NCBI RefSeq assembly: GCF_006345805.1
Contig: NC_043008.1
Span: forward strand, 56,172,001 to 56,236,000
DNA length: 64,000 bases
From: Octopus sinensis
Taxonomy: Eukaryota
Direction of reading: 5' to 3'
Position 1 is the first letter of the stretch, and each line of letters opens with the position of its first letter. This document shows positions 1 through 13,646 of this stretch, piece by piece. The notes under the pieces were generated by a model, which made no database searches, had not been told where the DNA came from, and was given only the letters and a program-made list of their open reading frames with translations. The position numbers and the translations under genes are program-made.

Positions 1-119
1 AGAGATAAAAAGAATGAAATGACCATCTGTTGCAGATGGTTATTTCACTCTACTACATACTCAGGTCTCGCTACTGGCTATCAAAAAAAAAAAAAATGGC
101 TATAAAGAATGGCTAAAAA

Positions 120-420
120 GAATGGCCGACCAATACCTTGTGAGTGGATTTGGTAGATGGAAACTGAAAGAAGCCTGTCATATATATGTATATATATGTA
201 TGTGTGTGTTTGTGTGTCTGTGTTTGTCTCCCTAGCATCGCTTGACAACCGATGCTGGTGTGTTTACGTCCCCATTACTTAGCGGTTCGGCAAAAGAGAC
301 TGATAGAATAAGTACTGGGCTTACAAAGAATAAGTCCCGGGGTCAATTTGCTCGACTAAAGGCGGTGCTCCAGCATGGCCGCAGTCAAATGACTGAAACA
401 AGTAAAAGAAAGAAAGAAAG
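120..420 (+). mobile_element. Composite SINE family B (5'-truncated), internal (TA)/(TG) tract
   Basis: ccttgtgagtggatttggtagatggaaactgaaagaagcc...ccagcatggccgcagtcaaatgactgaaacaagtaaaag recurs through the window. Confidence 0.8.
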
Positions 421-1137
421 ATATTGAATAATGTAATCTTCATAGATATAGAATAAGGTAAGAAAATGATAGGATGGCCATGGTTGTAATGCATTTTGTG
501 TGTCTGTTCAGTTTAGACCATGCACGTGCAGTCTTTTCTAAGATGCAGGCTATGTGAGATATGGCTCATCATCAGACAGGCTGCATACTAAAAGATTTTA
601 GGTAACTTTTTGTTAGGTGTGCCATTCAGAAAGTCCCTCAGGTCCGTGGCCCGTGGGCCGCAATTTGCCCACGACTGATTTAGACTAAGCTGGGGCTGAG
701 CAACTACTACTACAACAACCCGCATTTATTTATTCTTGAGAGAAGGGTAGGGGTCCAATATTTGTTGGGTAAACTACCAAACTTAGATTTTAGTAACCCC
801 CACCACCACCACCACCGCCATCAGTGACACCCAAACTTCCACTGAACATACCCCACCCTTGACACACATCACTGTAACTCCCCTCCCCCCATATACACAC
901 ATCAGGATTTTGTGTGGATGGGTACTCAATCCGAAAAATTTACTCCTATTCTTTTCAACACAATTTTTCTTTAACATACAATGCATGTTAATTAATCATA
1001 TTTTTTATTATCGCTAATTATGATTTAATTTGGTGATGATTTTCTCATGTATTTTCGCTTAGTTTTTTTGTTTTTTGGTACTTTGTGAATTGTAGCGATT
1101 AGTAATATCATTATGATTTGCATTCTTCTTCTTCTTC

Positions 1138-1192
<55 letters not shown>

Positions 1193-1419
1193 GTTATTAT
1201 ATCTGTATATTTTTTACTTTACATACTTTAAGCAATGTCTTTTCTTTCACCATATACCTCTGAAATAATCTGGAATGCCACTGTGCTGAATTCTTCCAGT
1301 AATTCTACTCAGACTATTGTGGTAGATAATGCAGTAGCATCTCTATAACAATGGTTTAAAAAAAAAAGAATTTTTAATACTAAATAAACTCCCTAAAAAA
1401 AGACAAAAACGATAAATGT

Positions 1420-1722
1420 CACCCTTTTCAAGCCTAGCCAGGCTCGTGGGCCTGGTTTCCCAGTTTCTGTGGCGTATGTGTGCTCCCCAGCTGGACGGGA
1501 TGCCAGTCCATCACAGTGTTTCTCAAGAAACAGGAAGAGATAGTGAGGGAAAGTTGTGGTGAAAGAGTACAACAGGGGTCGCCACCACCCCCTGCTGGAG
1601 CCTCGTGGAGCTTTTTAGGTGTTTTCGCTCAATAAATGCACACAACGCCCAGTCTGGGAATCGAAACTGTGGTCCTCTGACCGTGAGTCCGTTGCCCTAA
1701 CCACTGGGCCATTGCACCTCCA
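1420..1722 (-). mobile_element. tRNA-derived SINE family D (resembles octopus OR-type SINEs)
   Basis: Minus-strand head GGAGGTGCAATGGCCCAGTGGTTAGGGC with B-box-like GTTTCGATTCCC; second copy at 41320-41615; related heads at 5500-5815, 12790-13026, 14980-15176 and 60700-61022. Confidence 0.8.
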
Positions 1723-2010
1723 AAAAAAAAGACAAAGCATAAAATAAAACATTTCTTTCAGCATTGGAAGTTGCTGAAGAACACTTATACTTCCTCTCTG
1801 TCTCTGTAGAGATATTTACCATATTCGATGGCATAAATGATGCATGGGCTTATCAGATACATTTCAATTTCAACGGCACATAATCAGGAAGAAAATGCTT
1901 TTGGTGCTTCGAAGCACAAAACAACAGAGACTCACTGTAAAGGGAGCACACGGCAGGAGAGGTCTTCAGTGGAAGAACTCCCATCCGACAAGTGTTTCGG
2001 CCCTTATACC

Positions 2011-2241
2011 TATTTCTTTACTACCCACAAGGGGCTAAAAACAGAGGGGACAAACAAGGACTGACAAACGGATTAAGTCAATTGCATTGACCCCAGTGCA
2101 TAACTGGTACTTAATTTATCGACCCCGAAAGGATGAAACACAAAGTTGACCTTGGCGGAATTTGAACTTAGAACATAGCAGCAGACGAAATACTGCAAAG
2201 CATTTCACCTGGCGTGCTAATGTTTCTGCCAGCTCGCCGCC
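2011..2241 (-). mobile_element. tRNA-derived SINE family A (Meta-like central domain)
   Basis: Head GGCGGCGAGCTGGCAGAAAC, core TTTCATCCTTTCGGGGTCGATAAATTAAGTACCAG; TSD ggcccttatacc at 1999 and 2247. Confidence 0.9.
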
Positions 2242-2269
2242 TTTTTGGCCCTTATACCTGACACTTTAA

Positions 2270-2490
2270 CCCTTTAGCATTTAAACCGGCCATATCCGGC
2301 CCAAATATTCTATCGGTTTATTGCTCAAACATGCCAGATCTGACCTCTCACACCTATACTGCAATGTCATTCTAAAAATAAGCAATTACATCATCAAAAT
2401 CTCAGTGCTATGAGATAAATGCAGGATTAATTCAAAACGGTGTGAATGAATAAGCATTACATTTGACAGAATAATCTGAATGCTAAAGGG
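2270..2490. mobile_element. piggyBac-type MITE (CCCTTTAGCAT family)
   Basis: ttaa-CCCTTTAGCATT...AATGCTAAAGGG; related copies at 38253-38469, 46424-46645 and partially 59415-59560. Confidence 0.8.
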
Positions 2491-3355
2491 CTATGGGAGC
2501 TGGGCCCATATAGGTCATGACTCCTAGGTGTCTTCCTGCTGCTTTCCAAAATCCTGTCTCCAGTGGGATTTGAACTTGGGTTGTTCTTTTTACAAACTTG
2601 TGTTCCCAGGTCTGTGTTTCAGCTCATTAGACCACTCAGACCTGCAAAGGAACCAGTTCTCTTCTTCCTTATATTTCCTGCAAATGACCAATGAAATCCA
2701 TAACTAGGTTCATTGGTCATTTCTCTTTGCCTGTTCCCACATTGAGCTCTTTCCAGCAACATCAGACAAATATTCGATTTAGCACATAATGCAGGTCCTT
2801 TTTCACATGTAGGAAGGACCCATGATGATTTTATGAAGCATTTATGGGGGTGCAAAAACGGTGCGTTGTCTTATAAGCCATCAAATGTGGTAAACTCTCA
2901 TTCCATACTCTTTAAAATTTGTGTAGAATGATCAACATTGCAAGACGCCAAATCTAGAGTATGTTGGTAAGTTCTTTGCCATGTTCCTGTTTAAACCTGA
3001 TTACCTGTGGAGTAAGTAGATATGATTTGCACTTTGAGTCTGAGAAAACTGTATCTGCTTCCTTATTAAAGTTCTTACCTTAACATTAATCTTTCTCTGG
3101 TCGATGTAACTGACTATCTCCTTTTCCCCTGAAATTGCTGGCCTTGTGCCAAAATTTGAAACCATTATTATTATCATTATTATAATTATTATTATCATTA
3201 TTATTATCTTCTTCCTTTTCAAAGGGTGCAAGAAATGGCTCAAGCGTTCCAACGGAAATCTGAATCTTCACTCCATGACTGTGATGTAAGTAGTTTGGTC
3301 TGGGGAGCTGTACTCTCTGTCTCTCTACATCTCTCTCTCCCTCTCTGTCTTTCTC

Positions 3356-3428
<73 letters not shown>

Positions 3429-3985
3429 TATATATATATCAGCATTATGAATTGGTTTCCTCGGTGGAGTTCTTTTAAACTTGAGATGTTTTGTTTCATA
3501 AGAATGAAATGACCATCTGTTGCAGATGGTCATTTCACTCTACTACATACTCAGGCCCCATCTTTGACCAACATTCATAGGTCACAATACCTGACGTTTC
3601 TCCTGTCATTAATATAGTTATTTTTTTTTATCCTATCATTATTTTTTTCTATTTTTGGTTTCTGTTATTGTTCATGTCATTCTCATTTCATTTCATTTCA
3701 TTTCATTTCACCCTCTGTTATTACTGCTTTCCATCTACAAACGTAAACTTTTTAGGGTACTTTATTCTTTTTATCTTTTGGTGTTTTGGATTGAATGGGT
3801 AAAGATGTGGTGTAGAAGGAATAATTCAGCGTTTATGCTTTAACTGAATTTGAACTTTTTACCATCTTCTTTCCGTTAAATGTTGGGTATTTATTTTTAA
3901 CTGCACCCCACCTACCAAAAATGAAAGCAAACTATTCTACTGGGCTTAAGGTAAGGGACTTGAAAACAAAAATTACATATAAGCA

Positions 3986-4022
<37 letters not shown>

Positions 4023-4120
4023 ATATATAAACCAAGACTGTGTAGATATTAGAACATTTATAGATAAATGTTCTAATATCTACACAGCCTTGGTTTTTTA
4101 TCTCATTATGCAAAAAAATT

Positions 4121-4173
<53 letters not shown>

Positions 4174-4979
4174 TATATATAATTATTATTAGTGATATAT
4201 TATTAGCAGCAAAAGCAGTATTGGTTCAAAATAGCATTCTGTATATCCTACTTATTGTAGGTAGGTATACTGTAGAAAGCTTCAAAACTGCTGCATTCAT
4301 CTCAAGCACAGAGATATTCAGTAGGGGACGGAAAGTGTCCAACAGCTGCAGTAGAATTGCTAAATCTAGATTTCTGCTTCCTTTCACATCATCAGTAGCT
4401 AATCAGTGCCTTAGCCAAGTTCTTCTACTGAGGTTGAGCAGTGCTTTGTGAGTGGAATTTGGTTACTAGAAACTGCAGGAGATCTATGTTTGTGTGTGCA
4501 TGTGCACGTGTGTAAGAAAGTGTTCATGTGTTCCTGCATATTTGTATCTGTTTTCCTGACTGTCAGGATAGATAGATACACAAATGGATAGATAGATAGA
4601 TATAGGTAAATATACATATATACACATAAGTTTGGTGGCACAAACAGGAGAAACAGAACTCAGTACACCACACTCTCTCTCTCACATACACATATGTGCA
4701 CACACACACACACACATATGAAGTAATGGCATTATTTGTTGACTAACTTTATAGACTATGAAGTCATTAACCCAAAACGACTTTGCAATTAAATCTGAGC
4801 AAAGCTTGGTTGTGTTTTTCCCTCCCTCTTTCTCTCTCTCTGTCTCTCATTTGATATCATCTTAATATTTGAAAATGTTATTAGCATGAGTTGTTTAACA
4901 TGCTAACACAGATTTGGTTCTATTTACCTCTTTCAACTAATCATAACCATAAACCTCTACATTTCTTTACATTCGAGCG

Positions 4980-5195
4980 AGGTCATTGCCAGTGCCGCTG
5001 GACTGGCTCCTGTGCAGGCAGCACGTAAAAAACACCATTTGAGTGTGGCCGTTGCCAGTACCACTTGACTGACCCTCGTGCCGGTAGCACATAAAAGCAC
5101 CCACTACACTCTCAGAGTGGTTGGCGTTAGGAAGGGCATCCAGCTGTAGAAACTCTGCCAGATCAGATTGGAGCCTGGTGCAGCCATCTGGTTTT
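4980..5195 (+). mobile_element. SINE-like family C (GGCGTTAGGAAGGGCATCCAGC core, (GAT)n tail in complete copies)
   Basis: Recurs at 11625-11800, 16350-16535, 23700-23935, 25456-25750, 34335-34800, 39955-40225 and 58120-58290. Confidence 0.8.
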
Positions 5196-6199
5196 AAAAA
5201 TAATAATAATAATGATGATAATTATTGACATCATATGACTTTATGAACTTTCGAGAGAATGTAAAATTATTATTTTCTTGGAACACTGGATCTTGAAGCA
5301 CATATGTAAAACATTAGGTTAAAAAAATCCATTTTGGATAGGAATTGTTGAAGGCAACCTTTTGGCTTTTTCTAAACAAATGGGTTTTTTAAACTCTAAA
5401 TATACATGCAATGATAATTACTTTTCAGTTTAGAATAATTAGAATTGGGAAATGGGGATTTCTTGAGACAAATGTTATATGGGTGTTATACATCGATAAT
5501 GAAGGCACATGGCTCAGTGGTTAGAATGTCATGCTTACAGTCATGAGGTAGTGAGTTTGATTTCCAGACTGGGCCGTGTGTTGTGTTCTTGAGCAAGACA
5601 CTTTATTTCACTTTGTTCCAGTTCACTCATCTGTAGAAATGCGTTGCTGGTCAAGCTGTATTGGCCTTTGCTTTTTCCCTGAGGGGAGGCTGGTATGCAT
5701 GGGTGACTTCTCGTCATCCATAAAGAACCTTGTCCAGACTTGTACCTTGGAGGGTAACTTTCTAAGTGCAATCCCATGGTCATTCAGGACCGAAAAGGGT
5801 CTCTACCATTTTACCATCAATATTTAATAACAGGAAAACAGTAAAACTATATCATAGTGTAACGCAGTTTGGTGGATAAACTCCATCCCTCCCTCCTTCC
5901 ATTCATCCATCTATTCATCCATTTTTAATCCATAATATGCTGTTACTTAAATGTTTTCTTGTCCTTCTCTAAAAATATAATATTGCTCTATATTTCTTTA
6001 ACCAATTGTTTGTTTTGTTCTTGTTTCACACATGTTCTTGCTAACTATTGTTTTTTTCTTTTTAAACTAAAATATTCAGAATTAATAATCAAGATCTAGC
6101 ATAAATGACTGTTTATTTAAAATGTAAAATGTAAAGCTTAAATTATTCTTTTAGAAATTGTATTTAATCTGTTTCTGTTCCAATCCATCTCACGACTGC

Positions 6200-6740
6200 T
6201 AATGTTGCTGAAGGAAGGAAAAAGTTGTGGGAATGACTGAATAAACTTACAAGAAGGGAACAAAAGTTGTAGAAATGAATGCTAAGCTCATTAGAAGAGA
6301 ACAAAATTTGTGGGAATGACTGCTAAGCTCATTATAAGAGAACAAAAGTTGTGGGAAAGACCACTAAACTTATAAGAAGGTAGCAAAAGTTGTGGGAATG
6401 ACTGCTAAACTAATAATAAGAGAACAAAAATTGTAGGAACAACTGCTAAACTTATTGGAAGGTAGCAAATGTTGTGGGACAACTGCTAAACTTATAGGAA
6501 GGTGACAAAAGCTGTGGGGTAACTACCTGATAAAATTATAGGAAAATAAACCAAATTTATGGGAGCGAATGCTAAAATTTCTGTATGAAGAATAAAGACA
6601 TAGAATAACTGCTAAAGTTTCAGTAAGAAGGCAAAAATTGTGGAAAGATTGTTAAAGTTCTTGTAAGAAAGCTAAAGATGCTAAAATTCCTGTTAAAAAG
6701 TAAAACTTATGGAATGACTGCCAAAGTTCCTGTAAGAAGT
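6200..6740. repeat. Degenerate ~38-bp minisatellite
   Basis: Repeated aaaagttgtgggaatgactgctaaacttataagaag-like units. Confidence 0.85.
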
Positions 6741-6995
6741 TAATACATGTTGACTGCTTCATGTTTTTGCTTGTTGAATTAATTACACACTGCTAATTAC
6801 AATGGTATTTGATTAAAATGTGAATGGTGTTTTTATTAAATGAATTTCTCAGTTATGATTGGTCGTCATTTATGAATAACGATAATAAAAAAAAAAAACT
6901 AAAACTGTTGTGATTGTAACCCACAAGATTTGTTTTACTGAAAGTAATGTTTTCCCGCCCCATTCCTCTATGGTTTCACTTTGTCTATCTGCCAG

Positions 6996-7580
6996 TGGTT
7001 AGACGGAAGGCATAAAGTGACCAAGTCGCGTTCTGCTGAGATACCACAGACTAACAACGGAAAAGCGAAGGGATTGCTGAAGCAGAAGCTGGGCCCTTCG
7101 TCGTCAGGTGGTGTTGGCGTTGGCGGCATCTCCAGAGAAGGAGCCGGCGGAGTACGTAGTGGAGGAGGAGGAGGAGGAGTAGGCGGTGGTGGAGGAGGAG
7201 GAGGAGAGGTCTTGAACAAGACGAAGAATAAGCCGCAGGCACCACTAGCAAGACAGGAGTCCTTGTCAGATTTGGTAAGGGGGAATGCCAGCTGCTGCCA
7301 CCGCTGTTGCCCTGACTTGCTTGTCATAGATCCTGCTGCTGCTACTGCTGCTGCTACTACTACTGCTACCACCACATTCACTACTACTACTACTACCACT
7401 ACTACTATTACTGCTACTGTTACCTCTACATCATTGTCCATGATACCTTCCGCTGCTGCTGCCAAGCTCCCGACTTCTACCACGACTCCGCTCGTTTTTC
7501 GACACCTCCACTCCTCACCCACACCCACGTCACCGTCATCCACGCCGCCTTCATCACCTTCACCAGCTTCGCACATCATG
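6996..7580 (+). CDS. Internal coding exon (195 codons, phase 0-0) of an unidentified large gene; low-complexity Gly/Thr/Ser/Pro-rich segment with a CCHRCC cluster
   Basis: Acceptor ttgtctatctgccag| at 6995, donor ATG|gtaaca at 7581, 585 nt open frame (WLDGRHKVTKSRSAEIP...SPSPASHIM). GC/CpG-rich against AT-rich flanks. Confidence 0.75.
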
Positions 7581-8069
7581 GTAACATACTAAAAACAAAA
7601 AAAAAAATAATAATTTCACGTCCTTGTTGTTCGCTACATTATGGTGAGCTTGTATGAGCTGGAAGAACGAACGAATGTTGTTGGCGTTGTTGTCAAGTTG
7701 TTATCACTGTTGTTGTTGTTGTTATTGCTGTTGTTGTTGTTGTTGTTGTCAGTGTTCTTGTCGTTGTTTTGTCTGAGATTAGCTTCGATTGATCCGATCT
7801 GTGATCAAAGGCATTCCAGCCATGACTGTCCCGTCCTTGATTGTATGTGCAGGCTGCCCAGGACATGCACTATCCAATGTGTCTCACTTCAAAGACAGCA
7901 TGGATGTGATTTGAGGGAATTTGATTGCCTCTTCTAGGATCAAGCCATCATTGGCTTGTTGTCCCATCATTGGCTTGTTGTCAGTGTTGTTGTTGTTGTC
8001 ATTGTCCATGATAACATCTTGGAACAAGTAGGCTGTCACCATATTGTCTTTGTTTTCTCTATTGTCAAA

Positions 8070-8565
8070 TGTTTTGGTTGGTTGGTTGGTTGATAGGTTG
8101 ACTGCTCAGTTGGTTGATTGCTTGGTTGTTTGATTGTTCAGCTGGCTGCTCAGTTGGTTAGTTGCTTGGTTGAATGGTTGCTCATGGTTGAATGGTTGCT
8201 CATGTGGTTGCTTGGTTGTTCTGTTGGTTGCTTGGTTGATCAGTTGTTCATATGATTGGTTGATGAGTTGGTTGCTAAGTTAGTTGATTGCACAGTTGGC
8301 TGGCTGGCTGGTTGCTCAGTTGGTTGCTTGGTTGCTCAGTTGCTCAGTCGTTGCTTGATTGCTCATTTGTAGCTTGGCTGCTTGGTTGCTTGGTTGCTCA
8401 GTTGGTTGGCTGCTTCGTTGATTGGTTGCTCATATGGTTGGCTGATTAATTAGTTGATTGCTCAGTTGTTTGGTTCATTGTACACTTGGTTGCTTGGATG
8501 ATTTGTTGCTTGTATGGTTGGTTTCTCGACTGGTTAGTTGGCTGTTCAGCTGGTTGCTTGGTAGA
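8070..8565. repeat. Degenerate TTGG/TTGC-based low-complexity repeat
   Basis: ttggttgctcagttggttgcttgg units. Confidence 0.85.
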
Positions 8566-8689
8566 TGCCAGTCGACAGCTTCCACTTAGGATCTTTCCTT
8601 CATGCTCTGGGGCATCACTATCTCCTCTCCCACAGACCTAACTACATACAAGTCTTAGAGTCAATTGATATATAAAAAATAGTTGATAT

Positions 8690-8919
8690 TTATTTTTTTA
8701 TTACCCACAAGGGACTAAACATAAAAGGGACAAACAAGGACAGACAAAGGGATTAAGTTGATTACATCGATCCCAGTGCTTAACTGGTACTTATTTAATC
8801 GACCCTCAAAAGGATGAAAGGCAAAGTTGGCCTTGGTGGAATTTGAACTCAGAACATAAAGGCAGACGAAATACTGCTGAACATTTCACCTGGCATGCTA
8901 ACGACTCAGCCAGCTCGCC
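8690..8919 (-). mobile_element. SINE family A
   Basis: Colinear with 2011-2241. Confidence 0.85.
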
Positions 8920-8934
8920 AAAGAATGCTATACA

Positions 8935-9109
8935 AGCCACTGCCTTTAGTCAAGCAAATCATCCCCAGGACTTGTATTCTTTGTAAGCCTAGTACTTATT
9001 CTATCGGTCTCTTTTGCCGAACCACTAAGTTACGGGGATGTAAACACACCAGCATCGGTTGTCAAGTGATGTTGGGGGAACAAACACAGACACACAAACA
9101 CACACATAC

Positions 9110-9146
<37 letters not shown>

Positions 9147-9310
9147 CATACATACGACAGGCTTCTTTCCATTTCCGTCTACCAAATCTACTCACAAGTC
9201 TTTGGTCAGCCCGAGGCTATAGTAGAAGACACTTGCCCAAGGTGCCATGCAGTGGGACTGAACCTGGAACCATGTGGTTCATAAGCAAGCTACTTACCAC
9301 ACAGCCACAC
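8935..9310 (-). mobile_element. SINE family B
   Basis: Reverse complement of family B with tRNA-like head GTGTGGCTGTGTGGTAAG...GGTTCAGTCCC. Confidence 0.8.
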
Positions 9311-9949
9311 CTACCAAACTTCAAAATAGGTATCAAACTTCAAAATAAGTCCTGGTGTTGAATATGTTCAACTAAAACTCGTCAAAGCAGTGCTCCAGCA
9401 TGGCCACTGTCCAATAACTGAAACAAATTAAAGAAATACGATGCACAGCACACTCCCTTTGTCTGCCTGTCTCTTCCTCCTCCCTCTCTCTTTCTCTGTC
9501 CCTCTTTTCTCTCTTGTTACTGTAATTAATTAGTCGGAACGCTGAGTGTGTTTCCAATGAGTTTCATTCCAGTTTTTTTTTCTCTGATTTTGTCTTTTAA
9601 TGGCCGTGTTGTTGTTGTTTTTGTTTAGGCTTATGCCAACCCTGATTGACCAGAAGTATGGTCAAAGGTGTTCCAATTCTGCCTGTCTTTTATTCTGGCA
9701 TACTGGCATGGTACATCTAAGAACACATCAACCAGAGTTTTTGTGCCCCTGTTAAAATAATAGCATGTATGTTTTGAAAGAGATTTGGCTGCTATTTTTA
9801 CATGGTGTGCAGTCACCTAAAGGGTCTATTTGTCTTTGTGTGTGTGTGTGTGTGTATCTGTTTTTATGTTGTCCCATGATGGGAACGTTGAGATGTATGA
9901 TGTCGAGAGTTGCACCATAATGTATACTGAGTGCCCCTTTCTCTTTCTC

Positions 9950-9952
9950 CAT

Positions 9953-9984
<32 letters not shown>

Positions 9985-10425
9985 TCCATCAATTCCGTCA
10001 TCTTAGCCATCATTGTCATTATCATCATCATCATCACCACCACTATCATTGGTGTTGGTACTGTTACATCATCATTGTCACAGCCATCACCATCCTGATC
10101 ATCATCATCAATCACCACCACCACCGTCATTGGCATCAGTGCCATTACATCTTCATTGTCACCATCATCTCCTTCATCATCATTGTCATCATCAGTCATC
10201 ATCATCATCACCGCCACCATCATTGGTGTCAGTGCCATTATATCATCACTGCCATCACCATCACCATCATCACCACCATCATCACCACCATCACCACCTC
10301 CATTGCTGCCATCATCATTGTCATCATGATCATCATCATGATTCTCATCATCATGATTCTCATCATCACTGTCATTATCATCATCTACCCTCATCATCAT
10401 CATCATCATCGTCATCATCATTACT
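9950..10425. repeat. (CAT)/(CAC) compound microsatellite
   Basis: Direct inspection; similar tracts at 35390-35590 and 40855-41180. Confidence 0.9.
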
Positions 10426-13400
10426 GCCCTAGTTTCAGTCACCTACATTCCAAGATTTCAAGCAATAATGCCACACTAGTACCTGCATGGGTTATTTATT
10501 ACTATATCACACACATTTTCTACACCTTCACATTTTTGTCCCTTTCTCATTTTCTCTCCTGTCTCCCTTGTCTCCCTGTACCTTTATCCTGTTCTCTCTA
10601 CAAAGCCTTGATTATTGGTTTCTCCCACCCTGCAAGTTAGTCACTGGATCATCCTTCCCACCTCACAAAATTTCCCCTACCCCAGCCATGATTATGTAAA
10701 ATGCTGTTTTTATTGTTCCGTCCCCTGCATGACCTGGATGACCCCAAATGACCTGAATGACCTCTGTTATGTCTTGTTTTTGCCTGAACATGATTCCACC
10801 TATGTTGTGCCATTTTGATTTTTTGTCCAATGCAAAATATTTTGTCAGAATTTATTGTTTTTTAGCATGATGTATTAATTTTGATTTTTTTTTTAAAAAC
10901 AGTATATTTTTGTATTAACTTTTTAAAAAATGTTTACTATTAAATTTGTATGTTTGTTGTTTTGTGATTTTCTCTAGATTATATATTTTTTTAACTACTT
11001 GTTTTTCTATTTTCAATGGCAACATATTTATACAAAAGTTTATTTAAGATTTAATATTTGTTATCATTTAGACTGGCTCTAGGTCAACCCTGATTGAACT
11101 GACATGATCATAGGCATTCCAGCTATAATCATCCCATCTTTTTGTCTTTCATTAATATTTACAGCATATACTAGGTGCTTTTTTTGCCCCAGTTCATGTT
11201 GTAAAGTAGTTGGCATTAAGAAAGGCCTCCAGTTATAGAAACCTTGCCAAAGTAGAGACACTGCCATAGAAAACAGTCCTTGAACCTCCAGATTCTATCA
11301 AATCGAATGGAACATGGATGTTAATTGATGAAGATGATGATTATATGTATTGAGAACTACATTGTCCATTATATATTCCTTCCATTTTTAAGATGGCAGG
11401 GTGTGATTTTATAGAGATTTGGTATTATTTTTAGCATGTCAAGTGACCATGTAGAGGCTCCCTTGTTGACATGAAGTATAGATTTTACCTTTTTACTATA
11501 GTTCCTAGCTGCACACAAGGAAAATGCCTCCTATGATAATTATGGGAGACTATTATACAATAATAATGTAGAACAGTTATATTTACAGCATACTTCACAT
11601 GTACAGGTTTTCAGAATGCATTAGTGGCACATAAAAGCACCCACTACACTCTCGGAGTGGTTGGCGTTAGGAAGGGCATCCAGCTGTAGAAACTCTGCCA
11701 GATCAAGATTGAAGCCTGGTGCAGCCATCTGGTTCGCCAGTCCTCAGTCATTCGTCCAACCCATGCTAGCATGGAAAGCGGACGTTAAACGATGATGATA
11801 GTTTTCATAAGGTTTTCTATAGAGACATAAGTCAATGGAGACAGCTTCTACATATAAAAGAAACATTTAAACTGCTATTTTAGTAATCAGAGAAAGTGGA
11901 GTCTAAATAATCCCCATTTTTTACTAGGATACCTGTTCATTCTCTCTGACAAAGGACTTTGCTCAAAACAAGGACCCTTGTCATTCTACCTTATACATTC
12001 TCTTCCAGAATTGTAAACTTTACTAAATAATGTTTTACAAACACAGACAACCATTACATTCCCTGTGTTCTGGTTTTTACTCAGCTTTTATTCTTCACAA
12101 CCAGCATTAACATTCCACTGAAGATTTTTGTTGGTTATATTGATATTGAATTCTTCTAGTTGGTGCTGCATATATGCACTAAGAGATTCCTACTGCTTAC
12201 TTTGGTTGGTATTTTATGCAATACACACCCATTTCCAAATTTATATGGTACCTTATATAATATACACCTATTTTCTAGTTACTTTAGTTAGTACCATGTA
12301 TAATATGGACTCAGGGATGTATATGGAGATACATGCTCTGTGAGACAGACCAAACAGTTATGGTCAGTAATAGTATAGTTAATGTAGTGAATCAAGATAT
12401 TTTAATTAATCATAATTACAGCTGTAATGAGGAAAAGGAATCATTGGATTAACGAAGAATTCCAATCTTACAAAGCAGAGGAAATAACTCCTCAAGTTTT
12501 TTATGAAAACTAATTAAAAGTAGAATATGGACAATGCAGTGAGGAGTGAGTCTAGTCTGATGTTGACAGTGCAACGATAACTCTGGACGGAGATGTTTCA
12601 GTTTTACTAAAGCGGCAAAATATTTAACTGTTTCTGACATTGATGAAGCAAGGGTCATTGTTTGACTTGCCCGATTAAAGTAGCTGGAAAACAAACCAAT
12701 GTTGGAGCTTCTGTGTGGGTGGTTGACTTGTTAGAAATAGCAGTCAAATCTTTTCTCAAGTCACACTTTAAAATTAAAAAAATAAATGTTCCTTCTTGAG
12801 CCATGCCAGGCTCATAAGGACCGGTTTCAGTGGCATAGAAATTCCCCACCTGGACAGGACGCCGGTCTGTTGCAGGATTACTCATTTTTGCCAGCTGAGT
12901 GGACTGGAGCAACGTGAAATGAAGTGTTTTGCTCAAGAACACAATGCATCGCCCGGTCCAGGAATCGAAACCGCAACCTTAAGATCATGAGTTCAACACT
13001 CTAACCACTAAGCCACACACCTCCACAGGTCACACTTTACCATCTTAAAAAGGACAGATACATTGGATAATGTGGTTTTAGATGCACTATGCCTAAATAA
13101 TATCAATAAAAGGGGGTGGGGTGGGGTGGAAAGAGTTAGTTAGTAATGACTGAAATACCTTTGATCACCACTGGTCAGCGTATTTAAGCTGACCTCAGGC
13201 ACAACTATGGCAGCAGTAACAACTGTGTGTGTGTGAGTGTGTCTGTATGTGTAAAACATAGAATTTATTTATAAGGATCACAATATTTCAGATATATTAT
13301 TTGTTGTTTGTGTTTTTTGTGTTTCATTATTATTTTTTTTTACCTTATCATTCACCTGTTTTGTTTTTCATTTTTTGTGCATTTTTTTCTAGGATCATTT

Positions 13401-13602
13401 GTCATTAAGTTATTTATTTCTGTATTTTTTTTTTTGTTTTTTTGTTATTGTTTTGATTTGGACAATTCAGAATCTTTTAATCCAAAGATTAAAACAAAAA
13501 AAAAAATTTAAGTCATCTAAAGACACAAGTTGATTTAATAGTCATGCCCACGAGTCATTGAAATCCGTGCCACGTAACACATTAACTATGTTGCCATATG
13601 TC

Positions 13603-13646
<44 letters not shown>

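Noticed and set aside
3361-3440. Recurrent single phase slip (TT or AA) inside many long (TA)n tracts
   Set aside because: Most likely a sequencing or consensus artefact, or ordinary slippage, rather than a signal.
6968-7579. 203-aa minus-strand ORF
   Set aside because: Antisense shadow of the + strand exon, which is the one with canonical splice sites.
9981-10442. His-, Asp- or Met-rich ORFs (also 35299-35674 and 40814-41427)
   Set aside because: Translations of (CAT)/(CAC) microsatellites, open in several frames, with no credible splice signals.
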